64,000 nucleotides of DNA from an uncultured Nitrososphaeraceae archaeon (GCA_963779615.1 CAVZZA010000005.1:768001-832000); one strand, 5' to 3'; numbered from the stretch's first letter, positions 42,486-54,590 are shown. Notes: a model not told the origin generated them from the sequence alone. A program made the numbers and translations.

Positions 42486-44380
42486 CTATGCATCAGCTGT
42501 TATCTCTTCAGGTGCTGTGTCGTCAGAGGCTGCATCGTCAGAGGCTGCATCGTCAGGCGGTGTGTCGTCAGAGGCTGCATCGTCAGGCGGTGTGTCGTCA
42601 GAGGCTGCATCGTCAGCGGTGTGTCGTCAGGCGGTGTGTCGTCAGGCTCTGGCGGTTCTGGTGGCTCATATCTCTCTCCTGGTCCTTCCACTTGGATTTC
42701 TCCAACCATGGAAGGATGGTAGACACAATAGTATGGGAAAGTGCCGGGTATGTCAAACACCAAGCTATAGTGCTGGCCCGTCAGAATCGCATTTGAGTCA
42801 AACAGGGTCCCCTCATCCGTATCATCACCCGTTCCCGAAGTTACGGTATGGGATGCTATGTCCCCATTAAACCATGTAACAGTTTGCCCAACATCAATTT
42901 CAATTGGGTCTGGAGAATAGGAATTGCTGCCATCAATCCCTACAATTATTGCCTTTGTGGAATTGGCCGGCGGTGTCACGTTTGAAACATCGGTGATCTT
43001 GGAAGAGACCGGTTTTTTCACCTCCGCTTTGGCTTGTGACTTTGGCAGGATTTTAAAGAGATCTCCGTGATAGCCCAAAACATAAAGGTACCCGTCTGGG
43101 CCGACCTTCATATCGGTAATCCCACCAAACCCCTGGCCAAATATTATTGGCTGGTTCTCAGGGGGCGTGTCAGCCTGGTTGTCGGACAATGCCTCAAAGT
43201 CACCCACATAGGTGTTGTTGGTGATTTCAATGTCCTCCCTATCGTCACTCAGGGTGAATCTGTACAGATACCCGTTGTTGATGTCACCTGTGAACATGTT
43301 GTTTTCATACTCTTTGCCAAGCTTGTCCGAGTTCAGGAACTTAACCGCGGTGGGACCGACTGTTGTTTTCCAAACGAATTTTGGGTCACTGTACTCGCTG
43401 TCCCCCAAACTCACAACATCGCTGTCTGTAAACCCGGTTTCCAAAAGGTCGTCGTCGGCATATCCCTGAAGCAGGGACCAACCGCCATTAAACCCCGGTT
43501 TGATCAGGTTGACTTCATCCCCCGTGTCGGGCCCGTTCTCTGTGTCCCACAGGTTTCCTGTTACCGGGTCAAAATCCATGCCAAAACTGTTGCGGATTCC
43601 CATCCCGTAATACAGGCTCAACGGCAAATCCTCACCAAAAATCGGATCCCCTGGCACAACCTTGCCATCCTGGGTCATTCTCAGCACTCCACCCAGACCG
43701 TTGGCCTCAGGCCCTGTGGCATTGTTTTGGGTGATAGTATTATGCTCACCAACCTCGCCAACAATCACATACACATTGTTATCGGGCCCTATCACGACCT
43801 TTCCCCCATTGTGTTCCGCCCTGCCATTAACTGGAATTGCGGTTAAATCCAAAAGAAGCACCGGGTTAAACAGCTGTCCATCCTTGTACTCATACCTGTA
43901 CAGCCTGTTACCCAATGGATCAATGTTGGTTGTTAGAGGGGAATCACTCCCATCCAGATTGTTTCCAGACTCTGTGGTATAGAGAAAAACATAGGTTTTG
44001 CCGGTATCGTTGTGCTTGGATATGGCCATTCCAAGCAACCCCCGCTCAATCTGGTTAGCCACAGCAAGATCAAGCACAGGTATGTTTCTTTGAATGTCAC
44101 CGTCAAATATCCTATAGACGATGCCAGTGTTTTTTTCTGTCACAAGAATGTCATTGGGACCGACAAAAGCCATGGTTGTCGGGGCCTTTAAACCGCTGGC
44201 CACTTTCACGACTGTAAGGTTTGGGTCATTGACCGTAGGGCCAGTGGGTAATGCGGGCGCTTTCACATATGCACCGTAAGAAAGATCTACGGGTGAAACA
44301 ACCGACATTGATAGTACGCCAAAAAAGAACATAACAAAGGTTAATGAAATTTTTATATGGTTCGAAGAGGAATCTATCAA
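42486..44380 (-). CDS. Secreted PQQ-dependent (glucose/sorbosone-type) dehydrogenase fused to a cupredoxin, with an acidic repeat tail
   Basis: ERGLLG, HNGG, GIRNSFG, TENGP..DEVN; type-1 Cu site HTVT...YYCVYHPSMVG; tail frameshifted near 42617 (ORF as given ends at 42500). Confidence 0.88.
42517..42646. repeat. 15-bp-unit tandem repeats encoding PDDTP/SDDAA
   Basis: Alternating cgtcagaggctgcat and cgtcaggcggtgtgt units. Confidence 0.9.
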
Positions 44381-45758
44381 TATAAATAGATTAAATTTTA
44401 ATTGATTAAAATGTTTTTTTATATTTTCCTGATAAATAATAACTAGATAATATACTAGAATTTTTTAATGGTATTATAGTAACAGATAAAGGCCTATTAA
44501 ATTGTCAAAACATATTCTGTTTCTGGATTATGGAAAAATAAAATAATTATATTCACAGCTATAACACTAACAATAATCTTAATTATTTTATTCTATTGTT
44601 CACTCTACTCTTATAGAATCAAATTGCTTCTCGTCTTTTTGATGCTTTACCATTGTCAACAAGAGCATATTGCATATGGATATGTAACCACCCCTCACGC
44701 GTTGGTGAAATCCACGCTATTATCACACTCTAACATTTTTTCCGAACACCTTATCGCTGATAAAACCATTAAGAAGAACCTGTGGGGCATCATACAGGAT
44801 AAAGGGATTCAAAAATGAATGAAGTGTTTCTACAAATATACATATCAAGACACATGACGAAAAGGTGAATAGCATTGCATAATTTCAAGTTGTTTTTACA
44901 ATTTGCATTATTCATCGCAAAACAACACAATATCTTTGGAAGTTGCAATAACCCATAAAAATAAAGATGAATGAAACTATTTTCGCCTATTAGGTGGTAC
45001 TTTTGAAAGGATACAAGAGCCATTTGTAGTCTCCAAAATGCTACAAACTCCACCCTAATAAAACGACAAATAACCAATTCAACAGTAGATGGAAACTTCA
45101 ATCCATGTCTTTTGAGGAGGCGGATGAAAAAAAAATAACGGCATTACCAACTTTTAAAATATTGTCCGATAATTAATTTGCAAACAAAATGGACAGGCAA
45201 TAAGGCATCCATTAAATTTTATGATTCCAAATTACAAACATATTGTGAATGACCATTAGTTTACGGTACTGAAACCGCTCAACAATCCCCTATAGTTACC
45301 AATAATGCTCAACATCAGTTCATAGAAAGACAGGTTCAAAACAGCAATGCAACTGTGCCTGACCCCATTATGATTTGACTATGGGTATAGAGTAATAATT
45401 CGCATTTGATTACCAAGGGATACAAAAATCATAGATGGAAAAATCTGAAAAATCAAAGCAAAAGGTTTGGATCGAATCAAATCTACAACGCTATTCCCTT
45501 TTTGTTGTTCCTTTAAAATATGAGATTGAAATTGGTAGAATAATGGTTAGAGAAAAGTAATGAATACTCTTTCTGTGAGGAGTGTATAGGAAATAAAGGT
45601 TCCCCTAAAAAATAAAAAAACTTTTTACACACTTAATATAAAAGTTTTTTTGTAAATTGTTATATTTTAACTTATAGTATAATTTTATATATTTTTTAAC
45701 TGTATGAAATATACTACATATATATATTATAAAACTATACTAGATATATTATAAAAGG

Positions 45759-47499
45759 ATGTTAAAAGCTCAAATAATTCTAGGAATTTTATTTATTAGT
45801 ATTTTATGTATGATGAGTGCAGGTCCCGTCAATAATATAGTAAATGCAAAGTCAAACGACGGCGGCGGCAAGGACCATGACAACGACGGCGGCGGCAAGG
45901 ACCATGACAACGACGGCGGCGGCAAGGACCATGACAACGACGGCGACGGCAAGGACCATGACAACGACGACAACGGCAAGGACCATGACAACACGACAAC
46001 GGCAAGGACCATGACAACGACGACAACGGCAAGACAATGATGACAACGACAACGGCAAGGACCATGACAACGGCAACGCAAGGACATGACAACGAGCAAC
46101 GGCAAGGACCATGACAACGGCAACAATGATGACAACGACAACGGCAAGGACCATGACAACGGCAACCAATGATGACAACGACAACAAGGACCATGACAAC
46201 GGCAACAATGATGACAACGACAACGGCAAGGACCATGACAACGGCAACAATGATGACAACGACAACGGCAAGGACCATGACAACGGCAACAATGATGACA
46301 ACGACAACGGCAAGGACCATGACAACGGCAACAATGATGACAACGACAACGGCAAGGACCATGACAACGGCAACAATGATGACAACGACAACGGCAAGGA
46401 CCATGACAACGGCAACAATGATGACAACGACAACGGCAAGGACCATGACAACGGCAACAATGATGACAACGACAACGGCAAGGACCATGACAACGGCAAC
46501 AATGATGACAACGACAACGGCAAGGACCATGACAACGGCAACAATGATGACGGAAAAAATGATCCACATAAAGAAATAGCAAGCAGTGAAACGACAACTA
46601 CCCCAGCAGCAGCGACAACTACCCCAGCAGCAGCAGCAGCGACAACAGCAAACAGTCTTATAACTACCCCAGCAGCAGCAGCAGCAAACAATCTAACTGC
46701 ATCCACACCAACTAACGCAACAACTACAGCAGCAGCAAACAATCTAACTGCATCCACACCAACTAACGCAACAACTACAGCAGCAGCAAACAATCTAACT
46801 GCATCCACACCAACTAACGCAACAACTACAGCAGCAGCAAACAATCTAACTGCATCCACACCAACTAACGCAACAACCGATGCATCCACACCAACTAACG
46901 CAACAACCGATGCATCCACACCAACTAACGCAACAACAGATGCATCCACACCAACATCAATAATAATTCCAGGATCAAAAACGGTACCAACATCAGCAGC
47001 AGCAACTAACCCAACCGATGCATCAACAGCAGCAACAAACAATCTAACAACAAACAGCCCAACAACAACAGATGCATCTACACCAACATCAATAATAATT
47101 CCAGGATCAAAAACGGTACCAACATCAGCAGCAGCAACTAACGCAACAACCGATGCATCAACAGCAGCAGCAGCAACTAACCCAACAACAAACAGCCCAA
47201 CAACAACAGATGCAGCAACTAACCCAACAACAAACAGCCCAACAACAACAGATGCATCCACACCAACATCAATAATAATTCCAGCATCAAAAACGGTACC
47301 AACAGCAGCAGCAGCAACTAACCCAACCGATGCATCAACAGCAGCAGCAGCAACTAACCCAACCGATGCATCTACACCAACATCAATAATAATTCCAGCA
47401 TCAAAAACGGTACCAACATCAGCAGCAGCAGATAACCCAACGGCACCAATACTATCAACATCACTAATGCTCTCTACAACTCTAAATAACGCCAGATGA
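45759..47499 (+). CDS. Secreted low-complexity protein: Asp/Asn/His repeats then a Thr/Ala/Pro mucin-like stalk (frameshifted within the repeats)
   Basis: Signal peptide, then DNDGGGKDH repeats, indels at about 45990-46170, then DNGNNDDNDNGKDH repeats and TASTPTNATT repeats. Confidence 0.7.
45856..46551. repeat. 27-bp and 42-bp tandem repeat array
   Basis: Eight perfect 42-bp units at 46195-46530, preceded by 27-bp and degenerate units. Confidence 0.95.
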
Positions 47500-48043
47500 T
47501 TTTAAAAGGTATTTAACTTTAACAGAATCTAAAAATCATTTTTTTTCTAAACAAAAATTCAAAAAAGGTCGATATTTCCCACAAATCAAAAACTGTGCTA
47601 CAATATAATATACCAAGGCCAAATAAGTCTTGCACAAAATATATCAAATAATTCTATAAAATGCAATAACGTATTAAAGCACCATAGTAACCATAGTGCA
47701 CTAAACCAAATAAAGAATATTTTTTAACGATATAATCCAATAAAATTTGGCAAAATCGCTGCAAACTAGTCATATATGGACACCGTTCTGTATGTTCCGC
47801 CAGTTGTTGCAAAATACTATCAATGAATCCCCATCAGAACATACATCAAATCTACAGACCCGGCAACCAACAATTATGATAAATGAAATCGCATAAGGGC
47901 AAAGCATAATCCCATTAGCATGTCACGACACAAGCACACCAACGCTCAAGATAAACAGGATTTTGCCTGTTATTTTAAATGTCATTCAGCATCACAAAAA
48001 AAAACAAAAAAAAACAAAAAAAAACCGGAATTACTTTACGTTA

Positions 48044-48712
48044 TTACTCTACTTTTATCTCTTTACCCTTTGGTTTTGTACTTGCCTTTTTGTTAAAAGT
48101 TATTTCAAGGATCCCGTTATTGTATGTGGATTTCACAGTCTCGATATCTGCGTCTTGAGGCAACTCTATGGTTTTATGGTATTTTCTTTGGGGGTTATTC
48201 GCTATAACTTCAACTGACCCATCAAAAGCATTAATACTTATGTCTTCTTTTTTTACGCCGGGCATTTCCAGAACAACTTTAACTTCGTTATCCGTTGTGT
48301 TTACATCTACTAAAGGCTCTCTCTCTGAAGTTATCTGTTGATTAGATTCTGTTGTTTCTCCAAGCATTGTTTTTCCTGTCCATCCACCAGCTGATTTGAC
48401 ATTTCCAAACTCCCTTACTTTGGGTTTGCCATCAGGTCCGACAGTCATTGTATAGCCATATACTATTGGCCCCACTTCCCGTACTTTGACACCTTCTGGT
48501 GTTTGGTATTCCCTTATCAGTTCTTTTGGTGCATTGGTTCGCATTTCTTTAAATTGATTAAACATTCTTCCCATTTCTTCCTGCATTTCCTCAAATGCCC
48601 GGAATGGATCGGTTTCAAAAAAACTACTTTTCACGGCATTTCTGGCACCAATACCCCTAGATCCAAAAAATCTCTCAAACCAATCATAATTATCTATATC
48701 TCTTGTATTCAT
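48044..48712 (-). CDS. hsp20: Archaeal small heat shock protein Hsp20
   Basis: GPIVYGYTMTVGPDGKP.VREFGN, EREPLVDV, EMPGVKKEDI, YNNGILE. Confidence 0.93.
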   Translation of the reverse strand: MNTRDIDNYDWFERFFGSRGIGARNAVKSSFFETDPFRAFEEMQEEMGRMFNQFKEMRTNAPKELIREYQTPEGVKVREVGPIVYGYTMTVGPDGKPKVREFGNVKSAGGWTGKTMLGETTESNQQITSEREPLVDVNTTDNEVKVVLEMPGVKKEDISINAFDGSVEVIANNPQRKYHKTIELPQDADIETVKSTYNNGILEITFNKKASTKPKGKEIKVE

Positions 48713-48727
48713 TTTGTAATATTCACC

Positions 48728-48757
48728 TATATTATGTAATGTATATTACATAATATA
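48728..48757. promoter_or_regulatory. 13-4-13 perfect inverted repeat in the hsp20 promoter
   Basis: tatattatgtaat-gtat-attacataatata, 15 bp from the start codon. Confidence 0.65.
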
Positions 48758-48978
48758 TATTTTTCGAACATTGTGTGTTATTCTTGACACTACTAATCTC
48801 AATTTCACTTTATTGGAAATTTGCTTTAAACTGTTGATTCTTCAATACAGTACATAAAAATTTTTCATGGCTTCTTTCAGGTATTTTCGAACATACCCCT
48901 CAACCATCAATTTCAGTTCGGGGCACATGGCAGCGTTGCAAGTCAACAACTACTTTTTCACTTTCTTACAACTGCGCT

Positions 48979-50183
48979 TCAAAATCTATAGATAAATTCA
49001 GATTGGAAACCATTGCCAAGCCTAATTCCCAACGATGCAACATAATTTCCAATGGCTAATTGCAAGGATTCCCACTCATTTAACGCAGTAGCAATATCAC
49101 CTCTATACTTTTGTATGGATTTGGCTAAGGCAACTGCGTTTTTGGCTGCCTTAGACGTACTAGCAGCAGTATGTGGCCGACCACAAAAGATGCGTCCCCA
49201 ATTAAGCATGCACGATCAAAAGCCATTCTAGAAACCGATAGATCATAAATTGCTTGTACAGATGGCCCCTCTGTTGCAAATAGCAGCTCTTGAAAGCTAT
49301 CTGGCAGAATATATTCTGCAGCGGTTTTATGTTCTTTTACAATGTCCCCATCCACCATTCCCTGTGAAACTGTAAACTCCCGTTCAACTCCGTTTCTGTC
49401 GGTCAAAACCTTTTTTAACTTACCGCCTTGAGATGGCACATTAAAATACCAGACCCAGTTTAGACGCCGTTTGCCCAAAGATAACTCCCCGTCTGATCCA
49501 GGAATAAGATAGCACAAAATATGCGTTTTGTGTCCAAGGAAGAAGGTAAGCTTGTGTGAAAAGACGTCCAATAATTTTGGCGTTACTTCACTCTCCCTAA
49601 CGAGCCCTCTCCATGCTACATACCCAGAGTAATACGGCTACACTTCAGGAAGGAGTTGGTGTCGCACTGTGGATCCTGCCCCATCTGCACCAATCAAAAG
49701 ATCACGTGTTTTGTGTTTTGTGTTTTCTTCAAATTCAACAACTATGTGATTTTTCTTTTGCTTAAAACTGGTCATTTTTCTTTCGTTATGATACAGTTTA
49801 TCCGGGAAAGTTTCCCCCAACACGCGATAAAGCAATTCCCAAGAGGTCATTAATTGCATTGATGGCTCTTCTGACTCTATTGTGCCATCTCTTCTCAAAT
49901 ACTGCCTTTTGTAGGCGGGTACACTCAGAGACTGACTCGGGACTATATTGTGCTCTTTGAGAAAATTCACTATCTCCATCTGCATTACAATACCAGCACC
50001 ACGGCCTTTCATGTTCACAGGAGATTTTTCGGAAACTTCAACATCACAATTAACAGACCGCAGGGCTATGGCGGCAAACAATCCACCAAGAGAACCACCA
50101 ATCACGATGACTTTTGGATAATCAGGTTGTGCCGACTGTAGTAACGGTGATGGTGGTGTTGGTGTTGGTGGTGTAGGGTCCAT
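48979..50183 (-). pseudogene. FAD-dependent monooxygenase (2,6-dihydroxypyridine hydroxylase-like), interrupted
   Basis: IGGSLGGL, GAGIV, IGADG..S.VR; in-frame TAG at 49638 then YSGYVAWRG; RRLNWVWY; LIGDASFV then a frameshift to RPHTAA.TSKA. Confidence 0.85.
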
Positions 50184-51079
50184 ATTGTCTGAAAACGCAG
50201 TATTCTTTCCGTAAATTTTTGGTAAGGAGAAATAACGTGTGTTTCCATATTCCATTTATTTGCTACCACTAAAATTATGAATGATAATGTTATCTTAAAT
50301 CACTATAAGTAGATTGCTTTAACCATTTTGGCATAATAGAAAATGACATCATGGATAAATTAAAGGTGAAACAGGCATGCCACAAACTCACGAAAATACA
50401 TTGAAAGCAATAATGCAAAAGCCATTCAAATTGAGGTTTTACCGGATTGTTGTCCCCATTGGTTTCCATGCGTCCTATTGACGCCATACTTGGTTTGAAG
50501 CAACGAACAAAGCAAGCACTCAAAGCACAAGCAGGGTAGGAAAAACAGATATTGGATATTTAAGGCTCATGACTGACCACACAACCCGATCACTGTTGTA
50601 ACGGGTCCATCCACGAACCCCAAATAAACGCATCACCTACACACACATGTATTCTCCGGAGAATAACTAGTATCTTTTTTGAAACAAGTTCCTTTTGTCA
50701 CATACCACGCTTTATCAGCACAATTTGAAAGCCCCCATGCCTTCAACCGTCAGTCAGCATCCGATCTGTCCCATATGTCAAGTATGCTGGTTGCCAGCCA
50801 GCCACCTCACCTTTTTCCCATGTTCCTGCCTTTACCCTATCCTGTTACGATTAACGGATAGCAACAGTGTTTCCAGAACAGTACAGGATAGTTTTTTTCA
50901 CCACAGGTAAATGCAGTATTTGTAGAGTCCTCGTCAACCAAAGAAACCGTGATTAAAAAGGTGGTTGAGGACATAAAGATAAAAATTGTAAAACCTATGA
51001 TGCTTTAGTTACATATCGTAATATCGCAATATTTTATCACACAGTCTTTCCACAAGTGAAAAAATAAAGCAAAAGACAA

Positions 51080-52090
51080 CTAATTCACTATATGCAGAAT
51101 TTCGTTAACGTTTGCAAACGATATGTCGGGTGTAGGCCCCCCACCAATCACAAAGATATTGTTGCCCATAGAAACTGCGGCTAGCCCATGACGTGGTGTG
51201 GGCATAGGTACGTTGGCCATCCACGTGTTTTTCTGTGGACTGTATTTTTCAACAGTGTTAAAGGTGTTGTCAGGGGCTTCCCCTCCAAATACATATATCG
51301 CCCCATTAACCGTTGCTGCTGCTATTCCGCCCCTTTCAGTGGGCATTGAGGCAAGGGAGGCCCAGGAATTGGACTTTGGGTCAAATACCTCATTGGTGTT
51401 TATATTGGAAGATTTACCTGTTGGTCTGCCCCCAATGACATATAGTTTTCCATCTACAACTGAGGAGGCCATGTGTTGTCTTGCAGTAGGCATAGGTGCC
51501 TTTTCGGTCCAGGTGTTAGTTGCCGGATCAAAAGCTTCGTTTGATTTCAAGGGTCCATCTGCCGTTCCGCCCACAGCATAAAGGATTCCATTTACAAACT
51601 GAGCGGTTAATGCGGCTCTAGCGGTGGGCATGGATGTGCCTTCCGTCCATTGATTGGTTGAGGGGTCGTATATGAAGAGTTTGTTTGACGGAATTTTATC
51701 ATCAAGGAACCCCCCAACAAGGTATATCTTACCATTGAGTGTTGCTCCGGAAGCGTGGTTAAGGTTCTCAGGAACTGGAGCAGCAGTGCTCCAACTATCT
51801 GTTTTTGTGTCATATACCTCCACGCTGTTCTTGTTACGTTTTCCTGTTTCACCATAGCCTGCAATAATGTATATTTTATCACCTACAGAAGTATAGGCTG
51901 ACTCCATTTTGGGAATAACACTGTTTGCTCCCTTGGTCCAATAGTTTGTTGTTGCTGTTGTTGTATTGGATGTTTGGGCATAGACATAAGAGGCAATAAA
52001 AGCAATAGAAAAAAAACCCATAAACAAAATCCCAACATAAATCAAAGCGTGCATTGTCATACTATTATTGCGTTTACCAAAGATATTCAT
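51080..52090 (-). CDS. Secreted/anchored Kelch-repeat beta-propeller protein
   Basis: Six Kelch repeats (IYxxGG...YDP...W...MPTAR); start likely 52090 or slightly downstream. Confidence 0.9.
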   Translation of the reverse strand: MNIFGKRNNSMTMHALIYVGILFMGFFSIAFIASYVYAQTSNTTTATTNYWTKGANSVIPKMESAYTSVGDKIYIIAGYGETGKRNKNSVEVYDTKTDSWSTAAPVPENLNHASGATLNGKIYLVGGFLDDKIPSNKLFIYDPSTNQWTEGTSMPTARAALTAQFVNGILYAVGGTADGPLKSNEAFDPATNTWTEKAPMPTARQHMASSVVDGKLYVIGGRPTGKSSNINTNEVFDPKSNSWASLASMPTERGGIAAATVNGAIYVFGGEAPDNTFNTVEKYSPQKNTWMANVPMPTPRHGLAAVSMGNNIFVIGGGPTPDISFANVNEILHIVN

Positions 52091-52171
52091 AAATGAGTTT
52101 CGATTGCATTTTAGAATATAACTAAAAAACCTATAAATACGTAACAAATACCGAAGAGAAACGAAACAAAG

Positions 52172-52467
52172 ATGAGATTTCTTGTTACAACAAAAGTATA
52201 TAAACAATACAAAATGCTGAAGATTTACAAAGACAAGCCAAGATGGTAAACAACCAAATACAAAAGATAATAGATACAGGCAAACTGATAGAAGGCGGCC
52301 AATTTGCAGATGGGCGTGGGCATTTCTTTTTGATAGATGTAAACAGCGAAAAAGAAATGCTGGAAATGCTAAACAGAGGGATTCTGGATTCGTGCTATGT
52401 AGAAAGTCATCCCATAGTGTCATTCAGCGATTTATTTGAATTCTTTAAAAGGAATCCACCAAAATAA
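52172..52467 (+). CDS. Small dimeric alpha/beta-barrel protein (DUF3303/YCII-like), apparent 1-nt frameshift near 52212
   Basis: MRFLVTTKV joins GKL.EGG.FADGRG.FFLIDV...VESHP if one A is added to caaaat. Confidence 0.6.
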
Positions 52468-53313
52468 AGTCAATGCTTTTCGCGTAAAGTCCTCAAAAAC
52501 AAAAAAAATATTTATCTTTAAACCAAAAAATTGAAAGATTGAGATTGCCTAGGCCATCATCCTTTGTTATCAAAATAGCCAGGTAAACACGACTATGTGT
52601 ATGACTAACAGGCACAAAATCATGGATGAAAAAAATCCAAGTTACGTGTATTGGGACTAATGGATCTCACGATACCTTCGTAGATGCATCGGTTCCAAAT
52701 AAGGCATACTATCCCTTTAATCCAAACAAAAATAGCATTTAATCGCAGGCATAACAATGGATAAATTCAGCCATTATCGCTGATGAGGCATTATCTTTCG
52801 GTGTGATGGATGAATTAGATTCCCGACCAAAAGCTCCCAGTGCATATGGGTTCAATGACAAAGTACAGAAAGACAGCATAGCAAAGAAAACCACCACCAT
52901 ACAAAACTATTTTGGATTGCTTGACACAGACATTACTCCTCCTATTCACATGAATGCTATAAAGGTTCGATTTCTTTAACATGGCAACAAAAACTGCTTT
53001 GTAAAACCTTACTTGTTTATAAAAACAGCATATAAAAAAACTCATTTGGGCGGCTTTGCATGCCTCGCCGATCCAACTAATGAAGGGCATGGAAACTGGT
53101 TACAGCACTGGTGAAGGTTAATTGAATAATATATACCTCAATGAACTGTAGCAACAGGTTTTGTTTAAAATTTGTATTTTTTGTGTGTCAATGTGTTTTC
53201 AGTCGCCTGATCTTACAACCGTTAAATGGCTACGCCACCTTTAAATCCTCTGCATCAAATGCAAGATGCGTGAAAACCAAATTTTCATTCCACCACAAGA
53301 CCTTGTTTTAAAT

Positions 53314-54590
53314 TCAATCCCTCTGCAAAGCCAAAATGGGTAGTAGCCTAGACGCCTTAAACGCCGGAAACAGGCCCGCCATAAAACTCAACCCTACAGT
53401 TATTGCCCACACCCGCGCCAAGTCAGACGCAAGATATACCGGCGAAATACCCGGTTGATCACCTGAGCTAAAACCGGCACTTAAACCGAACCCTGCCACA
53501 ATTCCAGCCAAGAGGCCGGTTGTTGCTCCAAATATACCGATAAGCAATGCTTCGGCAAGAAACAGTGACAACACATACCCATCCCTCGCACCTATGGCCT
53601 TTAGCGTCCCAATCTCTCTTGTTCTTTCAATGACAGACGTATAAAGTGTGGTGATGATGCCGACAGCCCCCACAATTAAAGAGACTATTGCAATGCTTAG
53701 TAGAAAGGCGCTTACTCCACTAGTGAACTCCTGTACTGTCTTTATGATGGCCTTTACGGTAGTAATGCCTATGTCATTGCCGTACAGTTTTCTTATTTCT
53801 TGCTCTATGGTGTCTATAAGGTCTGGAGATAATGCAACTATTATTATCGAATCGAATTTTCCGGATTTGTGAAATAGAGAGTTTCCTACCTGGGTATTTA
53901 CAACAACAGCCTTATCTATAGTGGGATTACCGGTAGGCTTCATTACAGCTCTTACTACAAAGCTTTTTACTTCCTTGTCGCTATTTCCTGTTGTAGGGTC
54001 AACAAAGGAATATGTCGCCTTAACTGTTTGCCCTAATGACAAAAATGGTGTTGATTCTCCGGGTGGTTGAGCAACATCACTTGAAATTATAATTGCAGAT
54101 GGATCATTCTGTCTGACCACAGATCCATCAACATACTCTAGTGTTGGTGCCAGAATGGTCAGTTTTTCAGGATTTATGGAAAACACGCTATAGTCCTTTG
54201 CTTTACCTTGGGATTCCAGTGAGACAGTGGTTTGGTATGATGGAATTGTCTCTTTCACAAAGGGTAATGAGCCCAGTCTACTTTCAATTGCCGCATTCAA
54301 AGTAATTTTTGCAGTAGGTGGAGGACCACCGCCACCGCCACCTGCTCCCCCCCACCACCTGGTCCTGCACCATTTCCAGATTGGGGCTGTGGTGCCGAAT
54401 TTATAAACATGATATTGCCTGCCAGATTGCTGGTTTGTTTGTTGAAGAATTCTGAAAATCCAGATCCTATTCCACTGACTGCGACCATCAGGCTACTTCC
54501 TACCATAACCATAAGAATGGTTAAAATAGATTTGATTTTTCTTTCTTTAATTGCATCAAAAGACATTGCCAATATCTGTTTCAAATCCAT
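53314..54590 (-). CDS. MacB/FtsX-like ABC transporter permease, split by a frameshift in a G7 tract
   Basis: N-part ERKIKSILTILMV.VG; C-part SVIERTREIGTLKAIGA and PAFKASRL; one extra G at 54347-54353 fuses the two ORFs. Confidence 0.85.

Noticed and set aside
43067-43846. 259-aa + strand ORF
   Set aside because: Antisense shadow of the GC-richer PQQ dehydrogenase; no motifs
44700-45400. Protein-like fragments in a long spacer
   Set aside because: Probably a decayed gene, but no family could be assigned
45856-46551. Regular array as a possible CRISPR
   Set aside because: Units are head-to-tail without unique spacers, are multiples of 3 and code in frame; no cas genes seen
45770-47261. Minus-strand Cys/His-rich and Val-rich ORFs (metallothionein-like)
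   Set aside because: Antisense shadows of the repeat protein, which has the signal peptide and upstream TATA-like sequence on the + strand
49638-49640. In-frame TAG as possible pyrrolysine read-through
   Set aside because: The gene also has a frameshift and no pyl genes are visible; simple pseudogenisation is more parsimonious
52091-52423. N-terminal extension of the Kelch ORF
   Set aside because: Overlaps the divergent small gene; the signal-like segment begins only after the Met at 52090
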